From Epiperipatus broadwayi (Eukaryota; Animalia; Onychophora), in NCBI GenBank assembly GCA_028023455.1, contig JAQFVV010000006.1, positions 11,656,001-11,720,000 of the forward strand: a DNA stretch of 64,000 bases. The letters are read 5' to 3'. Each line of letters starts with the position of its first letter. The first letter of the stretch is position 1. The notes below the pieces were generated by a model. That model was not told the origin of the DNA, searched no databases, and saw nothing but the letters and a program-made list of their open reading frames with translations. The position numbers were made by a program, and so were the translations under genes. Shown here piece after piece: positions 1 through 13,919 of the stretch.

Positions 1-800
1 AAAGCAAAAAATAGAATTGGATTGATTAAAAATCTGACTTGTTTCTCATAGAATGAATATGAAGTATATAGAGTAGTTTGAAAAAAGGTAATGGTATCTG
101 CTGTAATATTTGGAAATGATTGAGTCACTTCATATTAACCAGGAAACTCAGAAATCTTTGATCTAATTCCAATAGAAATTAATAGATACCAGGAGATGAA
201 TTGTAGACAACAAATTAAGTTGTTTGAGGTGGGAATAAGCGGTTGTCTTTATTTAATGAGGGAAATTAGAAGGTTTTCATATATAAACGAAAATCAATTA
301 TTAAATATAGTATTTAAATGGATTATATGGAAAAGGCAACAAAAATGGTGGGTTAAAGGTTGTATATTACAGAATGTTATTAGAAACCAATTAAAGGCAG
401 TATTAGCAATACACATCTGGAGAAAACCTTGAAAATATTAAATACAATCTTAACGTATATTTACTTTTAATTAATTGATTTCATTTCAGTGACGGAGTTT
501 CATAAAATTAATTAAATGTTATTAGAAAATTTAATTTTATATTTTGTATAAAAAATAGGAGAAATATTTAGAGAATTTTTTACAGAAGGTAATTACAATT
601 TTCAGAATTGAAAAAAAAAAAGGATGGGTAAATTGAGTAGAGAAATACTTTTGGAAAAATCACAGAACATTGCTGTTGAAATTAACGTTTCTAGCCAAAA
701 GATAGAAGGAGACAATACTTGGTATAAAACTGAGATCTCTATAAAAATGAACCCATTGTTCGATGGATGTAAATTCAAAATTTTAGGACTTTTTTTTTGT
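1..800 (+). mobile_element. Degraded non-LTR retrotransposon ORF2 (post-RT) fragment
   Basis: Purine-rich. Frameshifted translation KAKNRIGLIKNL...YEVYRVV.K.VMVSAVIFGND resembles KGLIKKLS...YDVARIV.KGVALAGLTYGND of the LINE at 46.6 kb. Boundaries approximate. Confidence 0.45.
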
Positions 801-1340
801 TTTTAAATTTAAACTACTAGTTTGAATAACATAAAGAAGTAAAATGTGGATGTTAGATGCAAACACTTGAATTTTAAATCCTAAGTCCTCACTGATGAAA
901 ACAAAAACCAGTGATAATGTAATGACATAGTCATTGTACCATTAATGTCCATGGATTAGTCAGGTTTACAAGAGATATAAAGTGACCACAACTGCCCTTG
1001 GAAGTATATGAAAATCGTGATGTTCTTGCTTGTTCTTTTAAGGCTTTGGCAATGTAAAATATTTTATCTTTGTATTTTGCATATGGAAGTTTTTGTAGAA
1101 AATTGTATATTAAGTTGAAATTAAATTTTATGCACAGAAATTGCATACACATTATAGAAGTTTATCAATTATTCACTTATAGGTAATTGATTGGACAACC
1201 TGTATATTTATAAATTTGTATATGTTATGATTACATTTATAAATATTAGATTAAAAATTTTCATGAATTAATTGTGATGTAAATAAAGGAATGAATGGGA
1301 ATAGTATGTAATAACTAAAGAGATGTGTTTATCAAATGTT

Positions 1341-1716
1341 GCTAGGCAACTAGTAACTATTGACAGCATTAAGCTAAAGTACCTGTTCTAATAACCTAGT
1401 AACCAGTAATAGTTTTTTGTCTTGAATTTACTTAGAAACAAAATTTATAACCTAAGTTTTTTTATATGGATTTAAATCCAGAAAGTTATTCAGATATCTG
1501 GAATAGATGAATTGTTATTTGTATGATGTCATGAGATGCGATTCTTCTAAGTCTTCGTATATATAAAAATGTTAAGTTTGAATCCATATAATAATTTGTG
1601 CTTGAAATGTAAAGAAGGATCTTTTGCTTCTGAGTAAACTCAAGACCAAAAAAGTTATTGTTGGGTAGTAGAACTGATAGTTTTGAGCTGACACGAGTAA
1701 TTGTTAGTTATCTAGC
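1341..1716. repeat. Old imperfect inverted repeat (~150-bp arms)
   Basis: tcttgaatttacttagaaacaaaa (~1420) is the reverse complement of ttttgcttctgagtaaactcaaga (~1622). Flanking blocks also pair. Confidence 0.65.
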
Positions 1717-3660
1717 AATATCACTACTAACCCTATCTCTAGTTATTGCATATGTATAAATATAATATGCAGAAAGAGATTACCATGAGCAGTTACAAAA
1801 AAGTCAAGTAATCAAACAAATAATTTATTTAATTTAAATAAAAAAAAATAACTATTTAATTTTGAAATACATAATATATAAAAATAATGTATATTCATGA
1901 CCTAGGTATCAAGTACAAGTTAATTTTATAAATGTTATCATAAAGTTGAAGGCTTTCAAGCCAGGTTGTCATACCAATTACTAGTCAGCAAATGGGTATC
2001 TAGATTTATTAGCCATACAATAAAGCAAGGAAGAAAATGATCATCAGATATCTAGCATGATGAAGTTTGTCTTTTTCTTCAAAATTTTTCTATGGATAAA
2101 GATCTTTGCTTGTGTTGGATGATTAAGATTATTCAACCGTTATCTGCGTATTGCAGGCTTATTTCAACCTTCAACCTCATATTTCACCCTTTGAAACAAT
2201 TTAAATCATAACATTATTTTTCAATATGATTTGTATGTTTTTTTTTTTTTATTCAATTTCGTTTAACCTTCTGTGATATTCATTTCTATATTCTTTCTGC
2301 TTAGTTATTTATTTCGACCTTGAATTGAGGTCATATTGTAATTTTTTGAATGGCGTAGAAACGATTTCTGCGATTATTTTGAAACAATTATTTTTGTGAC
2401 TGCAGAATATGCAATACTGTATTCATTGTTATTTTTACGATTATAATTACATGCATGACATTCTTATTACTACTTATTTTGTGATTACTATATATTTGAT
2501 CTGTCTTTTTATTTTGGAATTCTTTCTTTTTAAAATTATACATAAATAATTATCAAATAAAATAAATACCTTTATTTATAATTTTAAGTGACATTTTTAG
2601 ACAACTCTTATAATCACTGTTTGTACAGATTAATGAATTTAATATAATTTTTGTAATTTAAGGATCCTAGTTTATAAATGTAGATCCAGATAAATAAGAG
2701 TAAAAATATTTTCAAACTAAGAATTTTTTTTTTTGTTTCTTAAAAAATATTTATTATCTTTTTTATTTTTATTTGCTGTTCTTAGGTTTCACGTTATAGG
2801 TAGTTATTTATATTTTTCACTAGTCAAAATATATTTACCCGCTTGAAATTCAACAATTTTTGATTTTTGGCACTGTTCTAGTTTCAAATTAGTTAAAAGA
2901 TTCTGATATATATACATTTGTAATAATTATGTTTATAAAGTGCATACTCGTTATGTAAAGTAATATATATTAAAGTTATAACCTTAAGACTATGCGCCTG
3001 AAAAAACGACAGTAGGAACCTCTGCAAATCTTTAACCCAAGATTTATTTAAAAGACAAGAGCGGCCTTGTTATATTCTTTATTATCAACAAGTCTATAAA
3101 AGTAGCCAAAATAATAAAGAAAACTTAGAGAAAGAATTGAAATATGCAGGTTATCAGTATCTTATTTAAGTAACTATTATGAACATAGGTGTTTAAAAAT
3201 AAGCACATGGTTATTAAACTTAATCTTAAATGCATTATGAAAGAAAGTATTAGGTTAATGTTAGAATTATAATTATTGTTGAACACATATGTTTTATTTT
3301 CATTAGTTAAATTACATTTATATAAATAGGAAATCTTACAAAATTTTTTTTCAACATTTTCATTTTAGTTATTTGCTGCCATCTTTTCTATTTCAATACT
3401 TGAGTATTAAGCTTTGATAGATTCAGTGGGTTTTTTTTTCTCCAATTTTAATTTTTAAGCTTTGTATTTGCTAAGCTTTTATATTAAAAGTTTTTTTATA
3501 TCTAGAAATTTTACTAAATTTAGAGCAGGAAGTATCAAAAAAAATTTTAAGTGGTTTATTTTTTGTTTAACGTCAACCTAAGAACTTTAATTCATTGTAA
3601 AAAAACTTATAAAATAACTCAGTAATATATCTTTTTTCCTTAATTTAAATATAACAAAAT

Positions 3661-5067
3661 AAATAGTGATGATACAATATACTGGAAAAATTAATTTATT
3701 TAAAATTATAGCTTAGCACTGCTTTCGATTAAGTCAGTCATTCATAGAAACTAATATAGGTTTAAAATAGAATTTATAATTTAAATATACCATTTACGTG
3801 ATAATGCTATGCATGAGTCTTTCTTGTTTATTGCATTGATGCGTTTTGCAATAAACCATGCCTCTTTATATTATCTTTTTCGATCATTGTGCTCAAGGCA
3901 AAAAACTTTAATATTAAGTAGATTGAATTTCATGTTCCAAAAATATAGACGTAATATTGGCTGTTTTAGCGCTTTATATATATATATATTTATGCTGCGC
4001 TAATCTTGTAGCGCAGTTGGCATGATACTCACCATAGCAAATTGCATTATGTGTTTGTTCATTGCTTTCAATTTTATAAATTATTTGGAAAACTTGGTCT
4101 TGAGATAATTTGTCTTTAGTATTGTTCAACATTTAATTAAGATTAGAAGGGGTTCTAAAACTAATATTGAATTCATTTGAGCAGATTGTTTTCATCTTTT
4201 TAGATATACATGGTATAAAAGGAAGGCTGATCCATGTATTAATATTGTTATTAATGTTTCTGGTATTTAAAGGTGAAAATAAATTTTTAAGAGTTTTATT
4301 TAATGTATTAATATTATACCCTGAATTGGCTAAGTCTTTGATGTAAATTTGAAGCAGATATAAAAGACAATATTGAAAATTATATAAAAGACTTAGCCAA
4401 TTCAGGGTATAATATTAATATATTAAATAAAACTCTTAAAAAATTATATTCATCCTTAAATATCATGAACATTAATAATATTAATACATGGATCAGCCTT
4501 TCTTTTATACCATGAATATCTAAAACGATGAAAACAATCTGCTCAAAGAAATTAAATATTAGTTTTAGAACCGCACCTAATTCTTAGTCAAATGTTGAAC
4601 AACACTAAAGACATATCTCTAGATTAAGCGCTCCAAGTAGTTTATAAAACTGAATGCAGCGAACGAACATGCAATGCAGTTTACTATGGTAATCTCGTGC
4701 CAACTGCACTACAAGATTAGCACAGCATAAATATATATAAACGCGCAATCTATATTTTCAAGATATGAAATTGAATCTGGCCATAATTTCAGTCTACTTA
4801 ATATTAAAATTGTTTGCACTGAGCGCAATGATCAAAAAAAAATGAATATAAAGAGGTGTGGTTTATTTCAAATAAATTAATGTAATAAACAAGAAAGACT
4901 TGTGCACTGCATTATCACGTAAGTGGTATATTTAAATTATTTAACATAAATTCTATTTATATAAACCCATATTAGTTCTATGAATATGATCAATCTGGTC
5001 GAAAGCGCAGTGTTAAGCTGTAATTTTAATAAATAAATTTTTCCAGCATAATGTACCATCACTATTT
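3661..5067. repeat. 1.4-kb imperfect palindrome (~690-bp arms, loop ~4350-4375)
   Basis: Arms are reverse-complementary along their length, e.g. aattataccctgaattggctaagtcttt vs aaagacttagccaattcagggtataat. Outer ends aaatagtgat (3661) and atcactattt (5067). Roughly 80-85% identity by eye. Confidence 0.9.
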
Positions 5068-5194
5068 ATTAAGACAAAAAGCCAATTATTCAAGGCTTTA
5101 ATAATATGTGATTTTATATATATGTTCATATAGTTAATATATGGAAATAAAGTTTTTGAAAAGAAGCTAGAAGTTTGTGAAGTTAATAGGGTTA

Positions 5195-6175
5195 TAGATG
5201 TAGATAATAACAATCAACCCTCAAGCTATCAACAATCTCAACCTGTAGCCAAGGCAATCTCCTTTAACAATAAAGGTGTTACTACCTTTATCTATGTTCT
5301 AATATGTTTATATAGACACCAAAGATTGCAATTTGATCAAGAAATGTGAGATTAATAATGCAAAGAAGCTTAAACAAATCTCATTAATCAGGCAAATATA
5401 ACCTGTTCTGAAAGCAGACTATTAAAGTAAACTCTAACTATCAGTTTCTGTAAACAGACTAATAGTCATTTATAACTTCCAAATTCAATATAAAGTATAT
5501 ATTTACTAAGACAATAAAGCCAATTACTCAAGGATTTAATAGATTTATAAATGTAAATGATATCAATCAATCCTTAAGCTATCAACAATCTCAATATGTA
5601 GTCACGACAACCTTCGTTAACAATGAAGGTGTTATGACCTAATATGTTTATATAGATACTAAAGATTGCAAGTGACTAAGGAGTGTGAAATTAATAATGC
5701 AAAGAATTTTAAACAAACCTCATTAAACAAGCAAATATAACTTGTCCTGAAAGCAGATTAATAAATAGTCAATTATAATTTCCAGATTCTGAAAGCAGAC
5801 TAATAAATAATTATTTATAACTACCAAATTCCATATAGAATATATATTTACTAATAGGCTTTAATAGCTTTATAAATGTAGATAATATCAATCAACCTTT
5901 AAGCTATTATCAACAATCTGAACCTGTAATCAAGGTAACCTTTAACAATAAAGGTGGTACCACCTTTATCTATGGACTAATATGTTTATGTGGAATTTGG
6001 AAGTTATAAATGACTATATTAGTCTGTTATCAGAATCTGGAAATTATCATTGACTATTTATTAGTCTGCTTTCTGAACAGGTTATATTTGCCTATATAAA
6101 TATATTAGGTCATAGATAAAAGTGCCTTGACTACAGGTTGAGATTGTTGATCGCTTAAGGGTTGATTGTTATCAT
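5195..6175. repeat. ~340-bp tandem repeat (about 2.4 copies) followed by an inverted partial copy
   Basis: aatcaacc(c/t)t(c/t)aagctatcaacaatct recurs at ~5213, ~5566 and ~5890. Reverse-complement copy at ~5993-6175 (agattgttgatcgcttaagggttgatt). Confidence 0.85.
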
Positions 6176-7399
6176 CACTATTTTCTTATAAAATAAATAT
6201 TTCATATTTAATAATAATAGTAAATCACTTATTTTATTTTCTACATTATTTTTTGCAGAAAACAATTTTTAAAATTAACATTATTGCAATTAGGTAAAGT
6301 ATTTATTAATTTTAAAATAAATATTTTTAATTGCATTAATGAAGTAAAGAGTCATTAACGTTTCCGATGTAGTTACAAAACAGATGCTAGAGTAAATTAT
6401 GGTATAAGAGGCTTACAAGTGTCATTATTTAATCATAATATTTTTGCCTAATAACCCAACTGCCTTTAGTTAGTAAATTATAATTATAAATTTTACCTTT
6501 AGCCATAATTTCCACAATATTTGTCCTCTTTATATATTTAAACTGTACAGGCCCAAAATAAATAAACTCTTATTATTTCCGACAGTCATTTTTTAAGACA
6601 AATGTCTCAATAAGCATTGTTTATATTTTGGAACATTAATTTGTTTTAATTAAAAAATTATATTCACCACTGGGGACTATATTATTTGTGCCGAGTGGTG
6701 TTCATTCAGTAATATGCTTAAAAGCTGAAGATCCATAGATCATAGCTCGGCTCTGTCGCACATAGTTCTTGAATATCATATCTTTTGAGTGTCTATTGAT
6801 TCAATTACTTTATAGCATTTTTTATTAATATTCTCTGAAACTTGTTTTGGAAGTGTTTGAAAAAATTACAAATGCCAGGCAGCTATATTTTTCAGATACA
6901 TTATTTCCTGTTCTGTCCAGTTATTGAACGTTTCAATGAAATTCGTTTTGGATGGCTCATTCTTCTGTTATGTTGTGGATGTTTTTTAATAGCTATCATT
7001 CATGTCTGATGGACTTCTATCAATATTATCTTTTTAATACTTAGTATTTAAATATCTTATGGGTAGATGCATCCAATATCATGCAGTCTTGGATCTAATT
7101 GGGAACTGGGATCTAGCCACAAATGGATGATGGCTTGTTGTTGCAATAATAGAAAGACATGTAATAGAATGTTTTTTGAGTAAATATTGTTATTGAAATG
7201 TTAGACGATTGATAAGAAGAAACGAAGAAATCATTAAACTTTGCTTTGAATTTTTCATAATATATTTTAAATAGAGCTTTGCCACAAGGGTGTTAGAAAT
7301 ATCAGAAATATTATAGTCTTTTTCTAAAGCTTCTTTGATAAGTTATGTCATATTCATATTACAAAAAGATATTACCAATAATTGATTTGATTATAAATT

Positions 7400-7730
7400 A
7401 AATTGAAGTATTGGGAGTATGTTTTTATAAAATATACGTATCATAAAACCCCAACATCAATAATAATCAACAAATTCATCCATTGAGGCAATTTCCTTTT
7501 AACAATATATATATAATTGAAAGAATAAATGTACATAAAAGTATGGTTAGAAATAAATATCTTAGTTCTATTTTATATATTCATGAAAAAGATACAGGAC
7601 ACATTATTAATTTTGATGAAGTTAAGGTTGTCTTCTTTGAGAGAAATGAATCTTTATTATTAAAAATTTATGATTCTGAAGCAATTAACTTATTTAAAAG
7701 TCCTTCTAATATTAAGGGTGTATGGTAGGT
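7400..7730 (+). mobile_element. Penelope-like element GIY-YIG endonuclease C-terminal remnant
   Basis: ORF 7483-7728 reads RINVHKSMVRNKYLSSILYIHEKDTGHIINFDEVKVVFFERN, matching the PLE pattern R..EH....S.L..H...TGH.I.F..V.IL..E.N. The YIG-ET motif is lost. Confidence 0.6.
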
Positions 7731-8142
7731 AAGTGGAATTGTGGGTAATGTTTAGTTTAAATATGTTGTTATTTTGTAGTTCTTTACACTTCAGAAGTTC
7801 GCTTGTAACAGTGAAACCATTGATTGTATTTTATAGTTCATTTTTTTGGCTAGTCTGGTTAAGTTATGAATTTGGGGTAATTTTGATTATATATTTATAT
7901 GGTGCAACTTATTTAGCAAGTTTTATAAGGATGGTGTTATGATATTTATAATGTATATATATTGTAAAATGGGGTGTATTTAAACCCTGTTCCAAAAGAT
8001 AAATTTGTATATATGCGCAGATATATATACCTAATATTAGAATAAATAAAAATAAACTCTTTCACCTTAGATTCTTTATTAAAAGTGGTCAAAATACTTT
8101 TAAAAAATAATTATAACATACACCAAATCTTTTAAAAACTTG

Positions 8143-9198
8143 TTTTTTATTTTTTTGCCACCAAAATGAAATATATATTAAAATAGATTTCCAATGTTTC
8201 GACTATTTCTTTATTTTTTTCTATAGTCTTTTTCAAGGAACTAAAAATATATAAAAAGGAGAAAGAAAAAAAAAAAAAATTCATAACAATTTTTAAAACA
8301 AACAAAAATAAAAATCCTGTCACATACACATACTATTTTGGAAAATATATTCTCTACTTACTATGATTTCTTTTCCCAACAGCTTCCAACTTTACATTTT
8401 GCCTAAATGAACATTTTATTGTTACAAAATATAACTTTTTATTATTATCTTATCTTCAATTAACACATTTTTACATTCCTTTCTTGTTAAAAACAAAAAC
8501 ATTCTATTAAATTTCATAAAAAAAAAATTTTTCCCTCTCTTCTCTTTTCCTTTACATTATAATATTCTATTCAGAACAGGATTTAACATCTTTATGTATA
8601 AACTTTCCTTTTCAAATCTTTCTTTTTGTTTAATTAGACATTCTAAAGGGGTAATTTTAAAATTGACATGACCAAATTTTTCTTTATGTAAATATATTGC
8701 TGAATTTCTATCTGACAAAAAGAAAGATTTGAAAAGGAAAGTTTATACATAAAGATGTTAAATCCTGTTCTGAATAGAATATTATAATGTAAAGGAAAAG
8801 AGAAGAGAGGAAAATTTTTTTATTTTTATGAAATTTAATAGAATGTTTTTGTTTTTAACAAGAAAGGAATGTAAAAATGTGTTAATTGAAGATAAGATAA
8901 TAATAAAAAGTTATATTTTGTAACAATAAAATGTTCATTTAGGCAAAATGTAAAGTTGGAAGCTGTTGGGAAAAGAAATCATAGTAAGTAAAGAATATAT
9001 TTTCCAAAATAGTATGTGTATGTGACAGGATTTTTATTTTTGTTTGTTTTAAAAATTGTTATGAATTTTTTTTTTCTTTCTCCTTTTTATATATTTTTAG
9101 TTCCTTGAAAAAGACTATAGAAAAAAATAAAGAAATAGTCGAAACGTTGGAAATCTATTTTAATATATATTTCATTTTGGTGGCAAAAAAATAAAAAA
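8143..9198. repeat. Near-perfect 1.06-kb inverted repeat (arms 8143-8629 and 8715-9198, 85-bp spacer)
   Basis: Arms are about 99% reverse-complementary. Only a few substitutions (ccaatgtttc/ccaacgtttc, tctctactta/tctttactta) and homopolymer length differences were seen. Confidence 0.97.
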
Positions 9199-10618
9199 GT
9201 AACCTAATATTAGACTATATTCAATTTTTTTTTGTATATTTTAAATAGGTAGATAAAGAGTTAGAATAAACAGGAGGGATGGGGGAGGAGAAGGTTTGTG
9301 TATATTGCTGTATGGATGAATAAATGGACGCAATGGGAAAAAAAATAATATAAATTTTATTTCCAAGATGGAAGTGGCTGTATTTTATAAAGAGAAGGAG
9401 ATTATTAAATAGAAAAAAAATATTGCAACTGCATAGATCTTTATCTAAAGAATGTGAAGAGAAAAACAGACAAAGAGCGAAGTCAAAAATAAATTGCAGG
9501 TGTTCGATGGAATTTCCTTGTTCTTCATAAAGAAAAAAGGTGCTAAAAGCTTTTGCTTTTGTTTTGAAGAGAATTCGGATCTAAAATAATACATGTTTAA
9601 AAGAAGGAAAAATAAAATGGAAACTCGTGGAAGGAGAACTTTGTAGAAGGAAAAGAGAAGAATATAAAAAGGAAATTGAAATTAATTAATTAATTCTGTC
9701 TAAAATTTTCGTAGATGTTTTGAAGAGAGAAATCATTATATATGTCCATAGCCGAGTTATTTAATTTCTATATCAGAGATATGAAAATTATTCGAATCAG
9801 CAAGTATAATCCTCAGCCATGACCATGCTGGGGTAAGAACTTAGGCATGCTGGGATTTGTGATCCATCCTGTGAAGATACGTCAGATGCTATGGTTTAAA
9901 ATAGATGTCTACTCTGAAAGGAAGCCGCTCTCTTAAACCTTTGAACTGAAATTGTTTCCAAAGAACATTAATACCAGGTTAACGGATCAATCAAACTAAA
10001 TCCATTGGAAATCATCAATCTATATGGCCATAGCATTGAGCAAACTAGTGTAATTACTCTTATGGATTCATCATTGTCCCCAGGGAAAATCCAGATAATG
10101 TATGAACATTTTATCACCTATATTTCTTTCTCCAATATTAGTGCATCTTTTATGATAATGCGTAGAGATCCTCCATTATTAACAATCTAAATAATTCTCT
10201 TTGGCATTCCAAAATACTATTTTACATTTGGATGGACTAGATGTTGCATTATATTATCTCTTTTGTTATCTGATTTTGTTTTTATCTATGCAGTATGTGT
10301 GCATACATGTAAATATTTGAGTACAAAATTATAATATTATACTCCATTATTTCTATATTATAATGAATATTAAATGTCTTTTAAGTGAAAACATATATGT
10401 TTGTTTTTTTATTTCGGGTTTTATGAGAAGATAGAGAGAAAAATTTGATATAGTGTAAGAGTTAGATAATTCGATTAGGTGTACATTTGCGTATTTCTGT
10501 ATCTTATATATTTTCCACGGTTGATAACCACCTGGCCTGAGTAAGCTAGCTAATGGTAGGATTCTCTAATTAATTCTTATCAATACTCAATCCCTTCCAG
10601 CATAATTCTTATTCATAT

Positions 10619-12566
10619 TATAACGGTCGGAGTTGGAAGTTGGAGTCTTACCGTAACTGCCATACAGGGCGGCATCAGGCTATTTGAACCTGGAAAATTT
10701 ATATAGTAGGCAGATACGTACTGTTAAGATCTAACTTTTACATATATATTTTATTCCGACCGTCAGCCCATGCTACTAGCTCATGGAGACGCAGAGATTT
10801 AATATAACACTTGCTTGAAAGAAACATTTTAATAAAAAAGATTTCAATAAAATAAATAAATAAGCTACTGCCAGAATTAGCACACACAAAAGATTTATTG
10901 ACGCATATAGAAATATTTAAAATTGAGGAATAAAATTTATCTTGTTTATATATATTTTAATATTAATTTTTGAATTTAAATTATTATTTTAAACAATCCG
11001 CACAGATGGATTTTAATAAGAGTTTGTTTTATAATGTTGAGTATAGATACACTACATGGATTCGTTTGAAAAAGGAAATATTCTATAGCCTTTATTTAAC
11101 CTTAGGCCAAAAGTTCGCAGTCAAACCAATGCCGACCCATCTGATATATCGATGTATTCAATGCAGCATGAATATGACAGCACAATACCATACTGTCAGG
11201 AATGCACATCTGAACAGTTTGGTTATAGAGAAGAAATTGTCTCTCGTCCAGTACAGGAATGTTACATCTGTGGCAAGAAGAACAATAAAAAAAAAGAAAA
11301 CTCCATAGGAAGGGATTGCAGTCATTTTTGCTGTCTTACTATCCCATTCCATAGGCTAAAGGGGTGATCCAAGGAACAGGGAATACGTCTGCTTCCGATG
11401 GTCATTAAGAAATGGGACTTATTTTGCCCAAGTGCGGCATATACGTAATCCTGCACGTAGTGGATCTTCATACTACATTTACTAATTACACCAATATATC
11501 CAATATATTAACCCAATTTAACCGCGAAATAACTAACCCAAGATTAACCCTCCCTTAAACTAACAAATTTAACAAATCTATATAGCCATCCACACCCAAC
11601 TTAAATTTAAATACAGTCAAATAATTTAATTAACACATAACAAAAACAAAAAAAAAGAAATGGAAATGATTAATTAAACATATGCGGGAAAAAAATATTA
11701 ATAACTGATTTTGAATTCTTTAGGTTAGATGAGAGTTTTTATTTTCAATTACTCATTGCAAATTTAGAAAAAGTTCTTATTAGATAAGCAAAAAGAGTTT
11801 ATACTTTCCGGATTCTGCAGATTTAGAGGTCCATCTTCGTGATCACTTAGTAGATTGTTTGTCCTTTTTTTAAAAACGAAGCTGCTACTTGCCATTCCTT
11901 TTGGTCCATAACTGTCATAGGGAGGCCCAGCTGGTTGTCAAGAAATTAAATCTATTGCAGACTCTTACATCGTGAAATCTGCAATACAGCTACAGTTACA
12001 TATATGGCTTAATATTCAGCATCTCAGATGACCACCTTTTAATAATCATATTTTGGCTTTTATATTTTATTAACCTCTTATCAGCACATTTTCGGATTCA
12101 ACGAGCAAGACGTCACTAAGCCGAGAGTCTCTTTTTTGGTCCGTGCTATGGCTTAATGCTTACATTGGTCAAGCTAATTCTTTTTATTCTCTTATCTGAC
12201 CTTTTAAATTATTTTAAGTGCCCCAAGGGCTAGTTTACTTTCAAACAATCATTTAATTAAACAAACAATCATTTTCATTTTGAGATTACAGGAATTAATT
12301 AATACCTGTTGCAACTTTTATTTATGTTACTTTAAAAAAATTATCTTTACTTTTTTTTTTATTTATAAAAAAGTACGTTCAAATACCTTTTTTTTTAATT
12401 TTAAAAAGAAAAAATACTTTTAAAGTTTTCCATCTATGTAAATATATATACGTTAAACAACTCTTTTTAATTTTCGCTTTTAGTTTTTAATAATTATTTT
12501 TATTTACGAACTTAAGTTTTTATTTTAATTTTAAATTAATGTAACAGCATATTGTATACCGTTACA
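10619..12566 (-). mobile_element. Solo LTR, Gypsy-type family (same family as 35954-40993)
   Basis: Termini TATAACGG (from TGTAACGG) and CCGTTACA. 4-bp TSD ATAT at 10615-10618 and 12567-12570. Reverse-complement homology to the LTRs at 36 and 39 kb. Confidence 0.85.
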
Positions 12567-13919
12567 ATATAAATAAGATTGGCGCTTGGAGTCAGAAAGT
12601 GACGTCCATAAATATGCTAAGCGAGAAATAGGAGTACATTTTTTGAATGGCTTAAATAAATATTGAATTAGTATAATGTGTAAATAAATTGCATCATACT
12701 ATTAATAAAATTTGTTATACTATTTCGAATACGGTGACTGGCTCGAGTTTCACCGAAACCTGATTAATTGCCTTATAGAACTACTGTAAGGGTACAGAAT
12801 TATTTTTATAAACTATTGCTTTATAATTACACATTTGTGCATAGAGTTATATATATGTGATATGGAATAAGGCCCATTTCGTTACATTATATTCTAATAA
12901 TATTAATAAGCATATAAATAAACTAAGGTTATTAAATACTTAATGCTAAAAACATATAATCTTATTCCTGGATCAAGTAAGTCTGGATGTTCATTCTATA
13001 AAAATTCACAAATCAAACTCTTATAGCTCCCTTTGTACACATCATATATAATGGCTCACATTTTTTTTATATGCTTTGATTATAATAGAATACGTATTGT
13101 TTAATGTATTGCAAGCGAGCATTACTTTTCAACATGCATACACATATAAAACACAGATGCTTTTTCATATGTATAGTAAGCAATATAAATTAAGATTATA
13201 ATATAAGCAAAATTACAAAAAGTAATGTAATTAATATTAGTAAATTGAGGAGGCACATTTGCATATTACTATGTGTGTGCTCACTCATATTCACTCAAAA
13301 TAATTGAAATATAACCTTATACCATATTGTTATTTTTTAAAGTAAAATGAATACCAAAATGTCAGATTATCATTACAATTAAGTATACTCTGGATATTCT
13401 TTTTCTTCAGTAATTTTTTTTAGCAGTCTGGTTAACAGCAGACTAAGGCCTCTCAAGTTATTTTAATGTTTTTAGGTTGGTATCATTTTTTATGAGTGTT
13501 CTTAAATTTCGTAAACATTTTAGCATTATGCTGAGAAAACATTTTATTATGCGAAGTAGGGTATATCAAATTTGGAAAGGAAATAAAGCTAAGAATAAAG
13601 TGTATGTGCTTTGAACGTAAATCGAAGAAACATTACTAATAAATATGAGCATTTACGTACTCTGAGAGAGAATTTATGAATTTCAATGTTTATTTTGTTT
13701 ATGTGCATTTTTTTTATTTAATTTTTTGGAAAAGTATATAATTGACATAGTGTATATTGATGCAATATATATACCATAGCTTCATTGTAATTTTGTAAAT
13801 AACACTGTATTTTCATAACATATAATCATGATGGTTGAATAAAGAATGAGCATGATGACAATTTCTTATCAGATAAATTAGCATTGATGTGAGAAAAGTG
13901 ATATAGAGACTTCACTCCC

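Noticed and set aside
2290-2345. HHR-like stem GACCT-caattca-AGGTC-GAAA (minus strand)
   Set aside because: The CUGANGA core is absent and stems I and III are not recoverable.
6680-6760. tRNA-derived SINE heads (also ~14730-14800 and ~51350-51430)
   Set aside because: Only partial A-box-like strings, with no second copy in the window to confirm.
11152-11367. Cys-rich ORF (CQEC...CYICG...CSHFCC) in the solo LTR as a captured zinc-finger gene
   Set aside because: The frame and cysteines are not preserved in the homologous regions of the other three LTR copies.
10619-12566. piggyBac or other DNA-transposon interpretation of the ~2-kb repeat family
   Set aside because: TG...CA termini, non-TTAA 4-bp TSDs, a paired-LTR copy and a PBS fit an LTR retroelement.
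12721-12770. HHR-like CGGTG...CACC-GAAAC
   Set aside because: No intact CUGANGA and no stem I; at most a highly eroded remnant.
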